DNA of 64,000 bases, taken from positions 332,692,001 through 332,756,000 of the forward strand of contig OZ024742.1 of NCBI GenBank assembly GCA_964016885.1, written 5' to 3'. This DNA is from Eledone cirrhosa. Its lineage: Eukaryota. The first letter of the stretch is position 1, and the number at the start of each line of letters is the position of its first letter. Of this stretch, positions 11,201-26,200 are shown one piece after another. The notes below the pieces were generated by a model that was given only the letters and a program-made list of their open reading frames with translations, was not told the DNA's origin and did not search any database. The position numbers and the translations under genes are program-made.

Positions 11201-14200
11201 CTCTTTTCACAACAACTCTCTCCTATCACCATTGTTGCTACCACGACTCCCTCTTATCACCACTGTTATAACAACAACCCTCTCTTATCACCACTGTTAC
11301 TAACACGACTCTCTCTTATCACCACTATTACCACCACAACTCTCTCTTATCACAACTGTTACTACCACGACTCTCTCTTATCACCACTGTTATCACAACA
11401 ATACTCTCTAATCACCACTGTTATCACAACAACCCTCAGATATCACCACTGTTACTACCACGACTCTCTCTTATCACCACTGTTACTAGCACGATCTCTC
11501 TTATCACCACTGTTATCAGAACAACAATCTCTTATCACCTCTGTTACTACCACGACTCTCTCTCTTAACACCACTGTTACTAAGACGACTCTCCCTTATC
11601 GCCACTGTTACAACCACGGCTCTCTCTTATCACCACATTTATCAGGACAACTCTCTCCTATACCTACGACGACTCTCTCTTATCCCCACTGTTACTACCA
11701 CGACTCTCTCTTATCACCACTATTACTAAAATGTCTCTCTCTTATCACCACATTTACTACCACGACTCCCTCTTTTCACCACTGTTACCACCACGACTCT
11801 CTCTTATCACCATTGTTACTACCATGACTCTTTCTTATCACCACTGCTATCACAACCATACTCTCTTATCACCACTGTTTTCACAACAACCCTCTCTTAT
11901 GACCACTATTACCACCGCGACTCTCTCTTATCACCATTATTAATACCACGACTCTCTCTTATCATCACTGTTATCACAACAACTCTCTCTTATCAACACT
12001 GTTATCACAACAACTCTCTCTTATCACCACTGTTACTAACACGACTCTCTCTTATCACCACTGGTACTACCACAACTCTCTCTTATCACCAATATTACTA
12101 CCACGAGTCTCTCTTATCACCACTGTTACTACTACGATTCTCTCCTATTACCACTGTTATCACAACAACTCTCACTTATGACCACTGTTACTACCACGAC
12201 TCTCTCTTATCACCACTCTTTTCACAACAGCTCTTTCCTATGATCACTGTTACTACCACGACTCTCTCTTATCATCGCTGTTAATAACACGACTCTCCCT
12301 TATCACCACTTTTACTACCACGACTCTCTCTTATCTCCATGTTTAACACAACAACACTCTCCTATCACCATTGCTGCTGCCACGACTCCCTCTTATCTCA
12401 ATTGTTAACACAACAACTCTCTCCTATCACCACTGTTACTAACATGACTCTCTCTTATCACCACTGTTACTACTACGACTCTCTCTTATCACCACTGTTA
12501 CTAACACGACTCTCCATTATCACCACTCTTTCTACCACGACTCTCTCTTATCACCAATGTTATCACAACAACTCTCTTCTATCACCATTGTGTCTACAAT
12601 GACTCTCTCTTATCACCACTTTTACTACCACGACTCTCTCTTATCACCACTATTACCACCACGTCTCTCTCTTATAACCATTGTTACTACCACGACTCTC
12701 TCTTATCACAACTGTTATCACAACAATACTCTCTTATCACCACTGTTTTCACAACAACCCTCTATATGACCACTATTACCACCACGACTCTCTCTTATCA
12801 CCATTGTTACTACCGCGACTCTCTCTTATCACCACTGTTATCACAACAACTCTCTCTTATCAACACTGTTATCACAACAACTCACTATTATCACCACTGT
12901 TACTAACACGACTCTCTCTTATCACCACTGTTACTACAACAACTCTCTCTTATCACCAATATTACTACCACGAGTCTCTCTTATGACCAATGTTACTACT
13001 ACGACTCTCTCCTATTACCACTATTATCACAAAAAACTCTCACTTATGACCACTGTTACTACCACGACTCACTTTTATCACCACTGTTAATAACAAGACT
13101 CTCCCTTATCACAACTGTTACTAACACGACTCTTTCTTATCACCACTGTTATCACAACAACTCTCTCCTATCACCATCGTTGCTACCACGACTCTCTCTT
13201 ATCACCACTGTTATCACAACAACTCTCTCCTATCACCACAGCTACTAACATAACTCTCACTTATCACCACTGTTTTCACAACAGCTCTCTCTTATGACCA
13301 CTTTTACTACCACGACTCTCTCTTATCACCACTGTTATCACAACAGCTCCCTCTTATAACCACGGTTATCACAACAACTCTCTCTTATCACCACTGTTAC
13401 TAACATGACTCACTCTCATCACCCCTGTTATCACAACAACTGTCTCTTATGACCACTCTTCTCACAACAACTCTCTCTTATCACCACTGTTACTACCACG
13501 ACTGTCTATTATCACCACTGTTGTCACAACAACTGTCTCTTATGACCACTCTTCTCACAACAACTCTCTCTTATCACCACTGTTACTACCACGACTCTCT
13601 CTTATCACCACTGTTATCGCAACAACTCTCTCTTATCACCACTTTTATCAGAGAAACTCTTTCTTATCAGCACTGTTACTACCACGACTCTCTCTTATCA
13701 CCACTCTTACTACCACGACTCTCTCTTATCACCACTGTTATCGCAACAACTCTCTCTTATCACCACTGTTATCAGAGCAACTCTTTCTAATCACCACTGT
13801 TACTACCACGACTCTCTCTTATCACCACTGTTACTAACACGACTCTCCCTTATCACTATTGTTACTACCACGACTATCTCTTATCACCACTGTTATCACA
13901 ACAACTCTCTCTAATCACCACTGTTTCTACCAATACTCTCTCTTACCACCACTGTTACTCCCATGCATCTCTCTTATCACCACTCTTACTACCACGAATC
14001 TCTCTTATCACCACTGTTATCACAACAACACTCTCTTATCACCACTGTTACTATTACGATTCTCTCATATCACCACTGTTACTAACGCGATTCTCCCTTA
14101 TCACCACTGTTGCTACCACGACTCTCTCTTATTACCACTGTTATCACAACAACTCTCTCCTATGACCATTGTTACTACCACGACTCTCTCTTATCACGAC

Positions 14201-17200
14201 TGTTACTACCACGACTCTCTCTTATCTCCACTATTACCACCACGACTCTCTCTTATCACCACTGTTACTACCACGAATCTCTCTTATCACCATTGTTATC
14301 ACAACAATACTCTCTTATCACCACTGTTATCACAACAAACTTCTCTTATCACCACTTTTACTAACGCGACTCTCTCTTATCACCACTGTTATCACAACAA
14401 CCCTCTCTTATCACCACTGTTACTACCACGACTCTCTCTTATCACCACTGTTACTACCACGACTCTCTCTTATCACCACTGTTATCACAACAACTCTCAC
14501 TTATCACCTCTGTTACTACCACGACTCTGTCTCATCATCACTGTTACTACTACGACTCTCTCCTATGAACACTGTTATCACTACATCTCTCTCTTTTCAC
14601 CAACGTTTCCACACCAACTCTCTCCCATCACCACTGTTACTAACATGACTCTCTCTTATCACCACTCTTTTCACAACAGCTCTTTCTTATGACCACTGTT
14701 ACTACCACGACACTCTCTTATCACCACTGTTAATAAAACGACTCTCTCTTATCACCACTTTTACTACCACGACTTTCTCTTATCTACATTGTTAACACAA
14801 CAACTCTCTCCTATCACCATTGTTGCTACCACGACTCCCTCTTATCACCACTGTTATAACAACAACCCTCTCTTATCACCACTGTTACTAACACGACTCT
14901 CTCTTATCACCACTATTACCACCACAACTCTCTCTTATCACAACTGTTACTACCACGACTCTCTCTTATCACCACTGTTATCACAACAATACTCTCTAAT
15001 CACCACTGTTATCACAACAACCCTCAGATATCACCACTGTTACTACCACGACTCTCTCTTATCACCACTGTTACTAGCACGATCTCTCTTATCACCACTG
15101 TTATCAGAACAACAATCTCTTATCACCTCTGTTACTACCACGACTCTCTCTCATCACCACTGTTACTACTACGACTCTCTCCTATGAACACTGTTATCAC
15201 TACATCTCTCTCTTTTCACCAAGGTTTCCACAATAACTCTCTCTTATCACCATTGTTACTACCACGACTCTCTCTTATCACCATTGTTAATACAACTCTC
15301 TCCTATCACCATTGTTGCTACAACGACTCTCTCTTATCACCACTATTATCACAACAACTCTCTCCTATCACCACTGTTACTAACATGACTCTCTCTTATC
15401 ACCACTCTTTTCAGAACAGCTCTTTCTTATGACCACTGTTACTACCACGACTCTCTCTTATCACCACTGTTAATAACACGACTCTCTCTTATCACTACTT
15501 TTACTACCATGACTCTCTCTTATCACCATTGTTAACACAACAACTCTCTCCTATCACCATTGTTGCTACCACGACTCTCTCCTATCACCACTGTTACTAC
15601 AACGACTGTCTTTTATCACCACTGTTAATACCACGGCTCTCTCTTATCACCACTGTTATCACAACAATACTCTCTTATCACCACTGTTATCACAACAACC
15701 CTCTCTAATGACCACTGTTACTTCCACGACTCTCCCTTATCACCACTGTTACTACAACGACTCTCTCTTATCACCATTGTTAACACAACAACTCTCTCCT
15801 ATCACCATTGTTGCTAACACGACTTTCTCCTATTACCACTGTTATCACAACAACTCTCTCTTATCACCACTGTTACTATCATGAATCTCTCTAATCACCA
15901 CTTTTACTAAAACGACTCTCTCTTATCACCATTGTTACTACCACGACTCTCTCTTATCACCACTGTTATCACAACAATACTCTCTTATCACCACTGTTTT
16001 CACAACAACACTCTCTTATGACCACTATTACCACCACGATTCTCTCTTATCACCATTGTTACTACCTCGACTCTCTCTTATCACCACTGTTATAACAACA
16101 ACTCTCTCTAATCAACACAGTTATCACAACAACTCTCTTTTATCACTACTGTTACTACCACCACTCTCTCTTATCACCACTGTTACTACCACGGCTCTCC
16201 CTTATCAGCACTGTTACCGCCACGACTCTCTCTTATCAACACTGTTAATACCACGACTCTCTCTTATCCCCACTTTTATCATAACAACTCTTTCTTATCA
16301 CCAGTGACACTACCACGACTCTCTCTTATCACCCCTGTTAGTACCACGGCTCTTTCTTATCACCACTGTTATCACAACAACTCTCTCTTAAAACCACTGT
16401 TACTATTACGTGTCTCTCTTATCACCACTGTTACTACCACAACTCTCTCTTATCACCACTGTTACTACCACGACTCTCTCTTATGACCACTGTTATCACA
16501 ACAACTCACTCTTATCACCACTGTTAATACCACGTCTCTCTCTTAACACCACTGTTATTACCACGAATCTCTCTTATCACCACTATTACTAACACGACTC
16601 TCTCTTAGCACCATTGTTAGTACCACAACACACTCGTATCACCACTGTTATCATAACAAGTCTCTCTTATCACCACTTTTATCACAACAACTCTCTGTTA
16701 TCACGACTGTTACTACCACGACTCTCTCCTATCACCACAGTTACTAGCACGGCTCTCTCTTATCATCACTGTTATAACAACAACTCTCTCTTATCACCAC
16801 TGTTACTAGCATAATTCTCTCTTATTACCTCTGTTATCACGACAACTCTCTCTCATCACCACTGTTACTACCTCGACTCTCTCTTATCACCACTGTTATC
16901 ACAACAACTCTCTCTTATCACCGCTGTTACTACCACGGCTCTCTCATATCTTCACTGTATCTTAACAACTCTCTCTTATCACCACTGTTACTACCACAAC
17001 TGTCTCTTATCACCACTGTTACTACCACAACTGTCTCTTATCACCACTGTTACTACCATCTTTCTCTCTTAACAACACAGTTATCACAACAACTCTCTCT
17101 TATCACAACTATTACTACCACCACTTTCTCTTATCTACACTGTTACTACCACGGCTCTCTCTTATCACCACTGTAATGACAACAACTCTCTCATATCACT

Positions 17201-20200
17201 ACTGTTACTACCACGACTCTCTCTGATTACCACTGTTATTCCCATGACTCTCTCTTATCACCACTGTTAACACAACAACTCTCTCTTATCACCACTGTTA
17301 CTCCCACGACTCTTTCTTATCACCACTGTTACTATCATGGCTCTCTCTTATCACCACTGTTATCACAACAACTCTCTCTTATCACCACTGTTACTATTAC
17401 GACTCTCTCTTATCACCATTGTTACTACCATGTCTCTCTCTTATCAACAGAGTTATCACAACAACTCTCTGTTATTACCACTGTTACTACCACCACTCTC
17501 TCTTATCACCACTGTTACTACCACGATTCTCTCTTATCACCACTGTTACTAACACGACTCTGTCTTATCACCACTGTTACTATTACAACTCTCTCTTATC
17601 ACCACTGTTGCTAACACGACTCTACCTTATCACGACTGTTACTAACATGACTCTATTATCACCCCTCTTTTCACAACAACTCTCTCTTATGACCACTGTT
17701 TCTACTCCGTCTCTCTCTTATCACCACTGTTTTCAAAAGAGCTCGTTCTTTTTGCCACTGTTACCACAACAACTCTCTCTTATCGCCACTGTTATGACAA
17801 CAACTCACTCTTATCACCACTGTTATAACCACGTATATCTCTTATCACCACTCTTACTACCACGACTCTCTTTTATCACCATTGTTACTACCACGACTCT
17901 CTCTTATCACCACTGTTACTACCACGACTCTCTCTTATAACCACTGGTACGAACACGACTCTCTCTTATCACCACTGTTTATACCACGTCTCTCTCTTAT
18001 CACCACTGTTATAACCACGAATCTCTCGTATCCCCACTCTTACTACCACGACTCTCTCTTATCGCCATTGTTACTACCACGACTCTCTCTTATCACCACT
18101 GTTATTACAACGTCTCTCTCTTATCACCACTGTTATCACAACAACTCTCTCTTATCACCACTGTTACTACCGCGACTCTCTTATATCACCACTTTTACTA
18201 CCATGGCTCTCTCATATCACCACTGTATCATAACAACTCTCTCTTATCACCACTGTTACTACCACAACTCTCTCTTATCACCACCTTTATCACAACGACT
18301 CTCTCTTATCGCCAATGTTACTCCCATGACTCTCTCTTATCACAACTGTTACAACAACAACTCTCTCTTATCACCACTGTTACTCCCACGCCTCTCTCTT
18401 ATCACCACTGTTATCACAACAACTCTCTCTTATCACCGCTGTTAATACTATGACTCTCTCCTATTACCACTGATATCACAACAACTCTCTCTTAACAACA
18501 CTGTTACTAAGACGACTCTCGCTTATCGCCACTGTTACAACCACGGCTCTCTCTTATCACCACATTTATCAGAACAACGATCTCCTATACCTACGACGAC
18601 TCTCTCTTATCCCCACTGTTACTACCACGACTCTCTCTTATCACCACTATTACTAAAATGTCTCTCTCTTATCACCACTTTTACTACCACGACTCCCTAT
18701 TATCACCACTGTTACCACCACGACTCTCTCTTATCAGCATTGTTACTACCACGACTCTTTCTTATCACCACTGCTATCACAACCATACTCTCTTATCACC
18801 ACTGTTTTCACAACAACCCTCTCTTATGACCACTATTACCACCGCGACTCTCTCTTATCACCATTATTAATACCGCGACTCTCTCTTATCATTACTGTTA
18901 TCACAACAACTCTCTCTTATCAACACTTTTATCACAACAACTCTCTCTTATCACCACTGTTACTAACACGACTCTCTCTTATCACCACTGGTACTACCAC
19001 AACTCTCTCTTATCACCAATATTACTACCACGAGTCTCTCTTATCACCACTGTTACTACTACGATTCTCTCCTATTACCACTGTTATCACAACAACTCTC
19101 ACTTATGACCACTGTTATTACCACGACTCTCTCTTATCACCACTCTTTTCACAACAGCTCTTTCTTATGATCACTGTTACTACCACGACTCTCTCTTATC
19201 ATCGCTGTTAATAACACGACTCTCCCTTATCACCACTTTTACTACTACGACTCTCTCTTATCTCCATGTTTAACACAACAACACTCTCCTATCACCATTG
19301 CTGCTGCCACGACTCCCTCTTATCTCCATTGTTAACACAACAACTCTCTCCTATCACCACTGTTACTAACATGACTCTCTCTTATCACCACTGTTACTAC
19401 TACGACTCTCTCTTATCACCACTGTTACTAACACGACTCTCCATTATCACCACTCTTTCTACCACGACTCTCTCTTATCACCAATGTTATCACAACAACT
19501 CTCTCCTATCACCATTGTGTCTACAATGACTCTCTCTTATCACCACTTTTACTACCACGACTCTCTCGTATCACCACTATTACCACCACGTCTCTCTCTT
19601 ATAACCATTGTTACTACCACGACTCTCTCTTATCACAACTGTTATCACAACAATACTCTCTTATCACCACTGTTTTCACAACAACCCTCTATATGACCAC
19701 TATTACCACCACGACTCTCTCTTATCACCATTGTTACTACCGCTACTCTCTCTTATCACCACTGTTATCACAACAACTCTCTCTTATCAACACTGTTATC
19801 ACAACAACTCTCTCTTATCACCACTGTTACTAACACGACTCTCTCTTATCACCACTGTTACTACCACAACTCTCTCTTATCACCAATATTACTACCACGA
19901 GTCTCTCTTATGACCAATGTTACTACTACGACTCTCTCCTATTACCACTATTATCACAAAAACTCTCACTTATGCCTACTGTTACTACCATGACTCACTC
20001 TTACCACCACTGTTAATAACAAGACTCTCCCTTATCACCACTGTTACTAACACGACTCTTTCTTATCACCACTGTTATCACAACAACTCTCTCCTATCAC
20101 CATCGTTGCTACCACGACTCTCTCTTATCGCCACTGTTATCACAACAACTCTCTCCTATCACCACTGCTACTAACATAACTCTCTCTTATCACCACTGTT

Positions 20201-23200
20201 TTCACAACAGCTCTCTCTTATGACCACTTTTACTACCACGACTCTCTCTTATCACCACTGTTAACACAACAGCTCCCTCTTATCACCACGGTTATCACAA
20301 CAACTCTCTCTTATCACCACTGTTACTAACATGACTCACTCTCATCACCCCTGTTATCACAACAACTCTCTCTCGTCACCACTGTTACTACCACGACTCT
20401 CTATTATCACCACTGTTGTCACAACAACTGTCTCTTATGACCACTCTTCTCACAACAACTCTCTCTTATCACCACTGTTACTACCACGACTCTCTCGTAT
20501 CACCACTGTTATCGCAACAACTCTCTCTTATCACCACTTTTATCAGAGAAACTCTTTCTTATCAGCACTATTACTACCACGACTCTCTCTTATCACCACT
20601 CTTACTACCACGACTCTCTCTTATCACCATTATTATCGCAACAACTCTCTCTTATCACCACTGTTATCAGAGCAACTCTTTCTAATCAGCACTGTTACTA
20701 CAACGACTCTCTCTAATCACCACTGTTACTACCACAACTCTCTCTTATCACCACTTTTACTAACACGACTCTCCCTTATCACTATTGTTACTACCACGAC
20801 TAACTCTTATCACCACTGTTATCACAAAAACTCTCTCTTATCACCACTGTTGCCAACACGACTATCACTTATCACCACCTTTATCACAACAACTCTCTCT
20901 AATCACCCTGTCTCTACCAATACTCTCTCTTATCACCACTGTTACTCCCATGCATCTCTCTTATCACCACTCTTACTACCACGAATCTCTCTTATCACCA
21001 CTGTTATCACAGCAACACTCTCTTATCACCACTGTTACTATTACGACTCTCTCATATCACCACTGTTACTAACGCGATTCTCCCTTATCACCACTGTTGC
21101 TACCACGACTCTCTCTTATCACCACTGTTACTACCACGACTCTCTCTTATCTCCACTATTAACACCACGACTCTCTCTTATCACCACTGTTACTACCACG
21201 AATCTCTCTTATCACCATTGTTATCACAACAATACTCTCTTATCACCACTGTTATCACAACAACCTTCTCTTATCACCACTTTTACTAACGCGACTCTCT
21301 CTTATCACCACTGTTATCACAACAACCCTCTCTTATCACCACTGTTACTACCACGACTCTCTCTTATCACCACTGTTACTACCACGACTCTCTCTTATCA
21401 CCACTGTTATCACAACAACTCTCACTTATCACCACTGTTACTACTACGACTCTCTCCTATGAACACTGTTATCACTACATCTCTCTCTTTTCACCAAGGT
21501 TTCCACACCAACTCTCTCCCATCACCACTGTTACTAACATGACTCTCTCTTATCACCACTCTTTTCACAACAGCTCTTTCTTATGACCACTGTTACTACC
21601 ACGACACTCTCTTATCACCACTGTTAATAACACAACTCTCTCTTATCACCACTTTTACTACCACGACTTTCTCTTATCTACATTGTTAACACAACAACTC
21701 TCTCCTATCACCATTGTTGCTACCACGACTCCCTCTTATCACCACTGTTATAACAACAACCCTCTCTTATCACCACTGTTACTAACACGACTCTCTCTTA
21801 TCACCACTATTACCACCACGACTCTCTCTTATCACAACTGTTACTACCACGACTCTCTCTTATCACCACTGTTATCACAACAATACTCTCTAATCACCAC
21901 TGTTATCACAACAACCCTCTCTTATCACCACTGTTACTACCACGACTCTCTCTTATCACCACTGTTACTAGCACGATCTCTCTTATCACCACTGTTATCA
22001 CAACAACAATCTCTTATCACCTCTGTTACTACCACGACTCTCTCTCATCACCACTGTTACTACTACGACTCTCTCCTATGAACACTGTTATCACTACATC
22101 TCTCTCTTTTCACCAAGGTTTCCACAATAACTCTCTCTTATCACCATTGTTACTACCACGACTCTCTCTTATCACCATTGTTAATACAACTCTCTCTTAT
22201 CACCATTGTTAATACAACTCTCTCCTATCACCATTGTTGCTACAACGACTCTCTCTTATCACCACTATTATCACAACATCTCTCTCCTATCACCACTGTT
22301 ACTAACATGACTCTCTCTTATCAACACTCTTTTCAGAACAGCTCTTTCTTATGACCACTGTTACTACCACGACTCTCTCTTATCACCACTGTTAATAACA
22401 CGACTCTCTCTTATCACCACTTTTACTACCACGACTCTCTCTTATCACCATTGTTAACACAACAACTCTCTCCTATCACCATTATTGCTAACACGACTCT
22501 CTCCTATCACCACTGTTACTACAACGACTGTCTTTTATCACCACTGTTAATACCACGGCTCTCTCTTATCACCAATGTTATCACAACAATACTCTCTTAT
22601 CACCACTGTTATCACAACAACCCTCTCTAATGACCACTGTTACTTCCACGACTCTCCCTTATCACCACTGTTACTACCACGACTCTCTCTTATCACCATT
22701 GTTAACACAACAACTCTCTCCTATCACCATTGTTGCTAACACGACTTTCTCCTATTACCACTGTTATCACAACAACTCTCTCGTATCACCACTGTTACTA
22801 TCATGAATCTCTCTAATCACCACTTTTACTAAAACGACTCTCTCTTATCACCATTGTTTCTACCACGGCTCTCTCTTATCACCACTGTTATCACAACAAT
22901 ACTCTCTTATCACCACTGTTTTCACAACAACACTCTCTTATGACCACTATTACCACCACGATTGTCTCTTATCACCATTATTACTACCGCGATTCTATCT
23001 TATCACCACTGTTATAAAAACAACTCTCTCTAATCAACACAGTTATCACAACAACTCTCTTTTATCACTACTGTTACCGCCACGACTCTCTCTTATCAAC
23101 ACTGTTAATACCACGACTCTCTCTTATCCCCACTTTTATCATAACAACTCTTTCTTATCACCACTGATACTACCACGACTCTCTCTTATCACCACTGTTA

Positions 23201-23280
23201 GTACCACGGATCTTTCTTATCACAACTGTTATCACAACAACTCTCTCTTAAAACCACTGTTACTATTACGTGTCTCTCTT
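7345..23280 (+). repeat. Two diverged copies of a ~6.9-kb higher-order unit (about 7345-16410, inflated by internal duplications, and about 16410-23280)
   Basis: Colinear marker offsets: 7530->16614 (9084), 8304->17419 (9115), 11731->18658 and 12339->19266 (6927), 14789->21683 (6894); AAACCACTGTTACTATTACGTGTC at 16391 and 23251 (6860). Boundaries are approximate. Confidence 0.75.
8568..9879 (+). repeat. 649-bp (21-monomer) tandem duplication
   Basis: CAAAAGAACTCGTTCTTTTTGCC at about 8762 and 9411; ORF offset 9096->9745. The homologous region near 17550-18170 has only one copy. Confidence 0.92.
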
Positions 23281-26200
23281 ATCACCACTGTTACTAACAC
23301 GAGTCTCTCTTATCACCATTGTTACTACCACCAATCTCTCTTATCACCACCGTTACTACCACGACTCACTCTTATCACCACTGTTATCACAATAACTCTC
23401 TCTTATCAGCACTGTTACTACCACGACTCTCTCTTATCACCACTGTTACTAATACGACTCTCTCCTATTACTACGGTTATCACAACAACTCTCTCTTATC
23501 ACCACTGTTACTACCACGACTCTTTGTGATCACGACTGTTATCACAAAAACTTTCCCTTATTTCCATAGTTACGACCACGACTCTCTCTTATCACCACTG
23601 TTACTACCATGAATCTCTCTTATCACCACAGTTATCACAACAACTCTCTCGTATCACCACTGCTATCACAACAACTCTCTCTTATCACCACTGTTACTAA
23701 CATGACTCTCTCTTATAACCACTGTTTTCACAACAACCCTCTCTTATGACCACTGTTATCGCAACAACTCTCTCTTATCATAACTGTTATCACAACAACT
23801 CTCGCTTAACACCGCTCTTACTACCACGACTCTCTCTTATCACCACTGTTATCACAACAACTCTCTCCTATCACCACTTTTGCTACCACGACTCTCTCAT
23901 ATCACCACTGTTACTAGTACGACTCTCTCCTATTACCACTGTTATCACAACAACTCTCTCTTACCACCAATGTTACTAACATGACTCTCCATTATCACCA
24001 CTGTCAATACCACGACTCTCTCATATCACCACTGTTATCACAACAACTCTCTCCTATCACCATTGTTACCATCACGACTCTCTGTTATCACCACTGTTAC
24101 TACCACGTCTCTTTCTTATCACCACTCTTACCACCACGACTCTATCTTATCACTACTGTTATCACAACAACTCTCTCTTATCACCACTGTTACTAACACG
24201 AATCACCTTATCACCACTGTTACTACCACGACTCTCTCTTATCACCACTGTTATCACAACAACTCTCTCCTATCACCATTGATAATACCACGACTCTATC
24301 TTATCACCACTGTTAGTACCATGTCTCTCTCTTATCACCACACTTACCACCACGACTCTCTCTTATCACCACTGTTATCACAACAACTCTCTCTTATCAC
24401 CACTGTTACTAACACGAATCACCTTATCACCACTGTTACTACCACGACTCTCTCTTATCACCACTGTTATCACAACAACTCTCTCCTATCACCATTGTTA
24501 ATACCACGACTCTATGTTATCACCACTCTTACTACCACGTCTCTCTTATCAGCACGGTTATCACAACAATTCTATATTATCACCACTGTTATCACAACAC
24601 CTCTCTCTTATCAACACTGTTATCAGAGAAACTCTTTCTTATCAGCACTGTTACTACCACGACTCTCTCTTATCACCACTGTTACTACCACGACTCTCTC
24701 TAATCACCACTGTTATCGCAACAACTCTCTCTTATCACCACTGTTATCAGAGCAACTCTTTCTAATCAGCACTGTTTCTACAACGACTCTCTCTAATCAC
24801 CACTGTTACTACCACGACTCTCTCTTATCACAACTGTTACTAACACGACTCTCCCTTATCACTACTGTTACTACCACGACTCTCTCTTATCAACACATTT
24901 ATCACAACAACTCTCTTTTATCACTACTGTTACTACCACCACTCTCTCTTATCACCACTGTTACTACCACGGCTCTCCCTTATCACCACTGTTACCACCA
25001 CGACTCTCTCTTATCAAAACTGTTAATACCACGACTCTCTCTTATCTCCACTGTTATCATAACAACTCTTTCTTATCACCACTGTTACTACCACGACTCT
25101 CTCTTATCACCACTGTTAGTACCACGGCTCTTTCTTATCACCACTGTTATCACAACAACTCTCTCTTAAAACCACTGTTACTATTACGTGTATCTCTTAT
25201 CACCACTGTTACTACCACCAATCTCTCTTATCACCACCGTTGCTACCACGACTCACTCTTATCACCACTGTTATCACAACAACTCTCTCTTATCAGCACT
25301 GTTACTACCACGACTCTCTCTTATCAGCACTGTTACTAATACGACTCTCTCCTATTACTACGGTTATCACAACAACTCTCTCTTATCACCACTGCTATCA
25401 CAACAACACTCTCTTATCACTACTGTTACTACCACGACTCTTTCTTATCACGATGTTATCACAACAACTTCCTCTTATCACCAATTTTACTACCACGACT
25501 CTTTCTGATCACGACTGTTATCAAAACAACTTTCCCTTATTTCCACTGTTACTACGATGAATCTCTCTTATCACCACAGTTATCACAACAACTCTCTCTT
25601 ATCACCACTGCTATCACAACAACTCTCTCTTATCACCACTGTTACTAACATGACTCTCTCTTATAACCACTGTTTTCACAACAACCCTCTCTCACGACCA
25701 CTGTTATCGCAGCATCTCTCTCTTATCATAACTGTTATCACAACAACTCTCGCTTATCACCACTGTTACTAGCAGGACTCTCTCATATCAACACTGTTAC
25801 TAACACGACTCTCTCTTATCACCACAGTTACTACCACAATTCTCTCTTATCACCAATGTTACTACCACGACTCTCTCAAATCACCACTGTTATCACAACA
25901 ACTCTCTCTTAACACCACTGTTACTACCACGACTCTCTCTTATCACCACTGTTATCACAACAACTCTCTCTTATCATCACTTTTGCTACCACGACTCTCT
26001 CTTATCACCACTGTTACTACTACGACTCTCTCCTATTACTACTGTTATCACAACAACTCTCTCTTATCACCAATGTTACTAACATGACTCTCCATTATCA
26101 CCACTGTCAATACCACGACTCTCTCTTATCACCACTGTTATCACAACACCTCTCTCCTATCTCCATTGTTACCACCACGACTCTCTGTTATCACCACCAC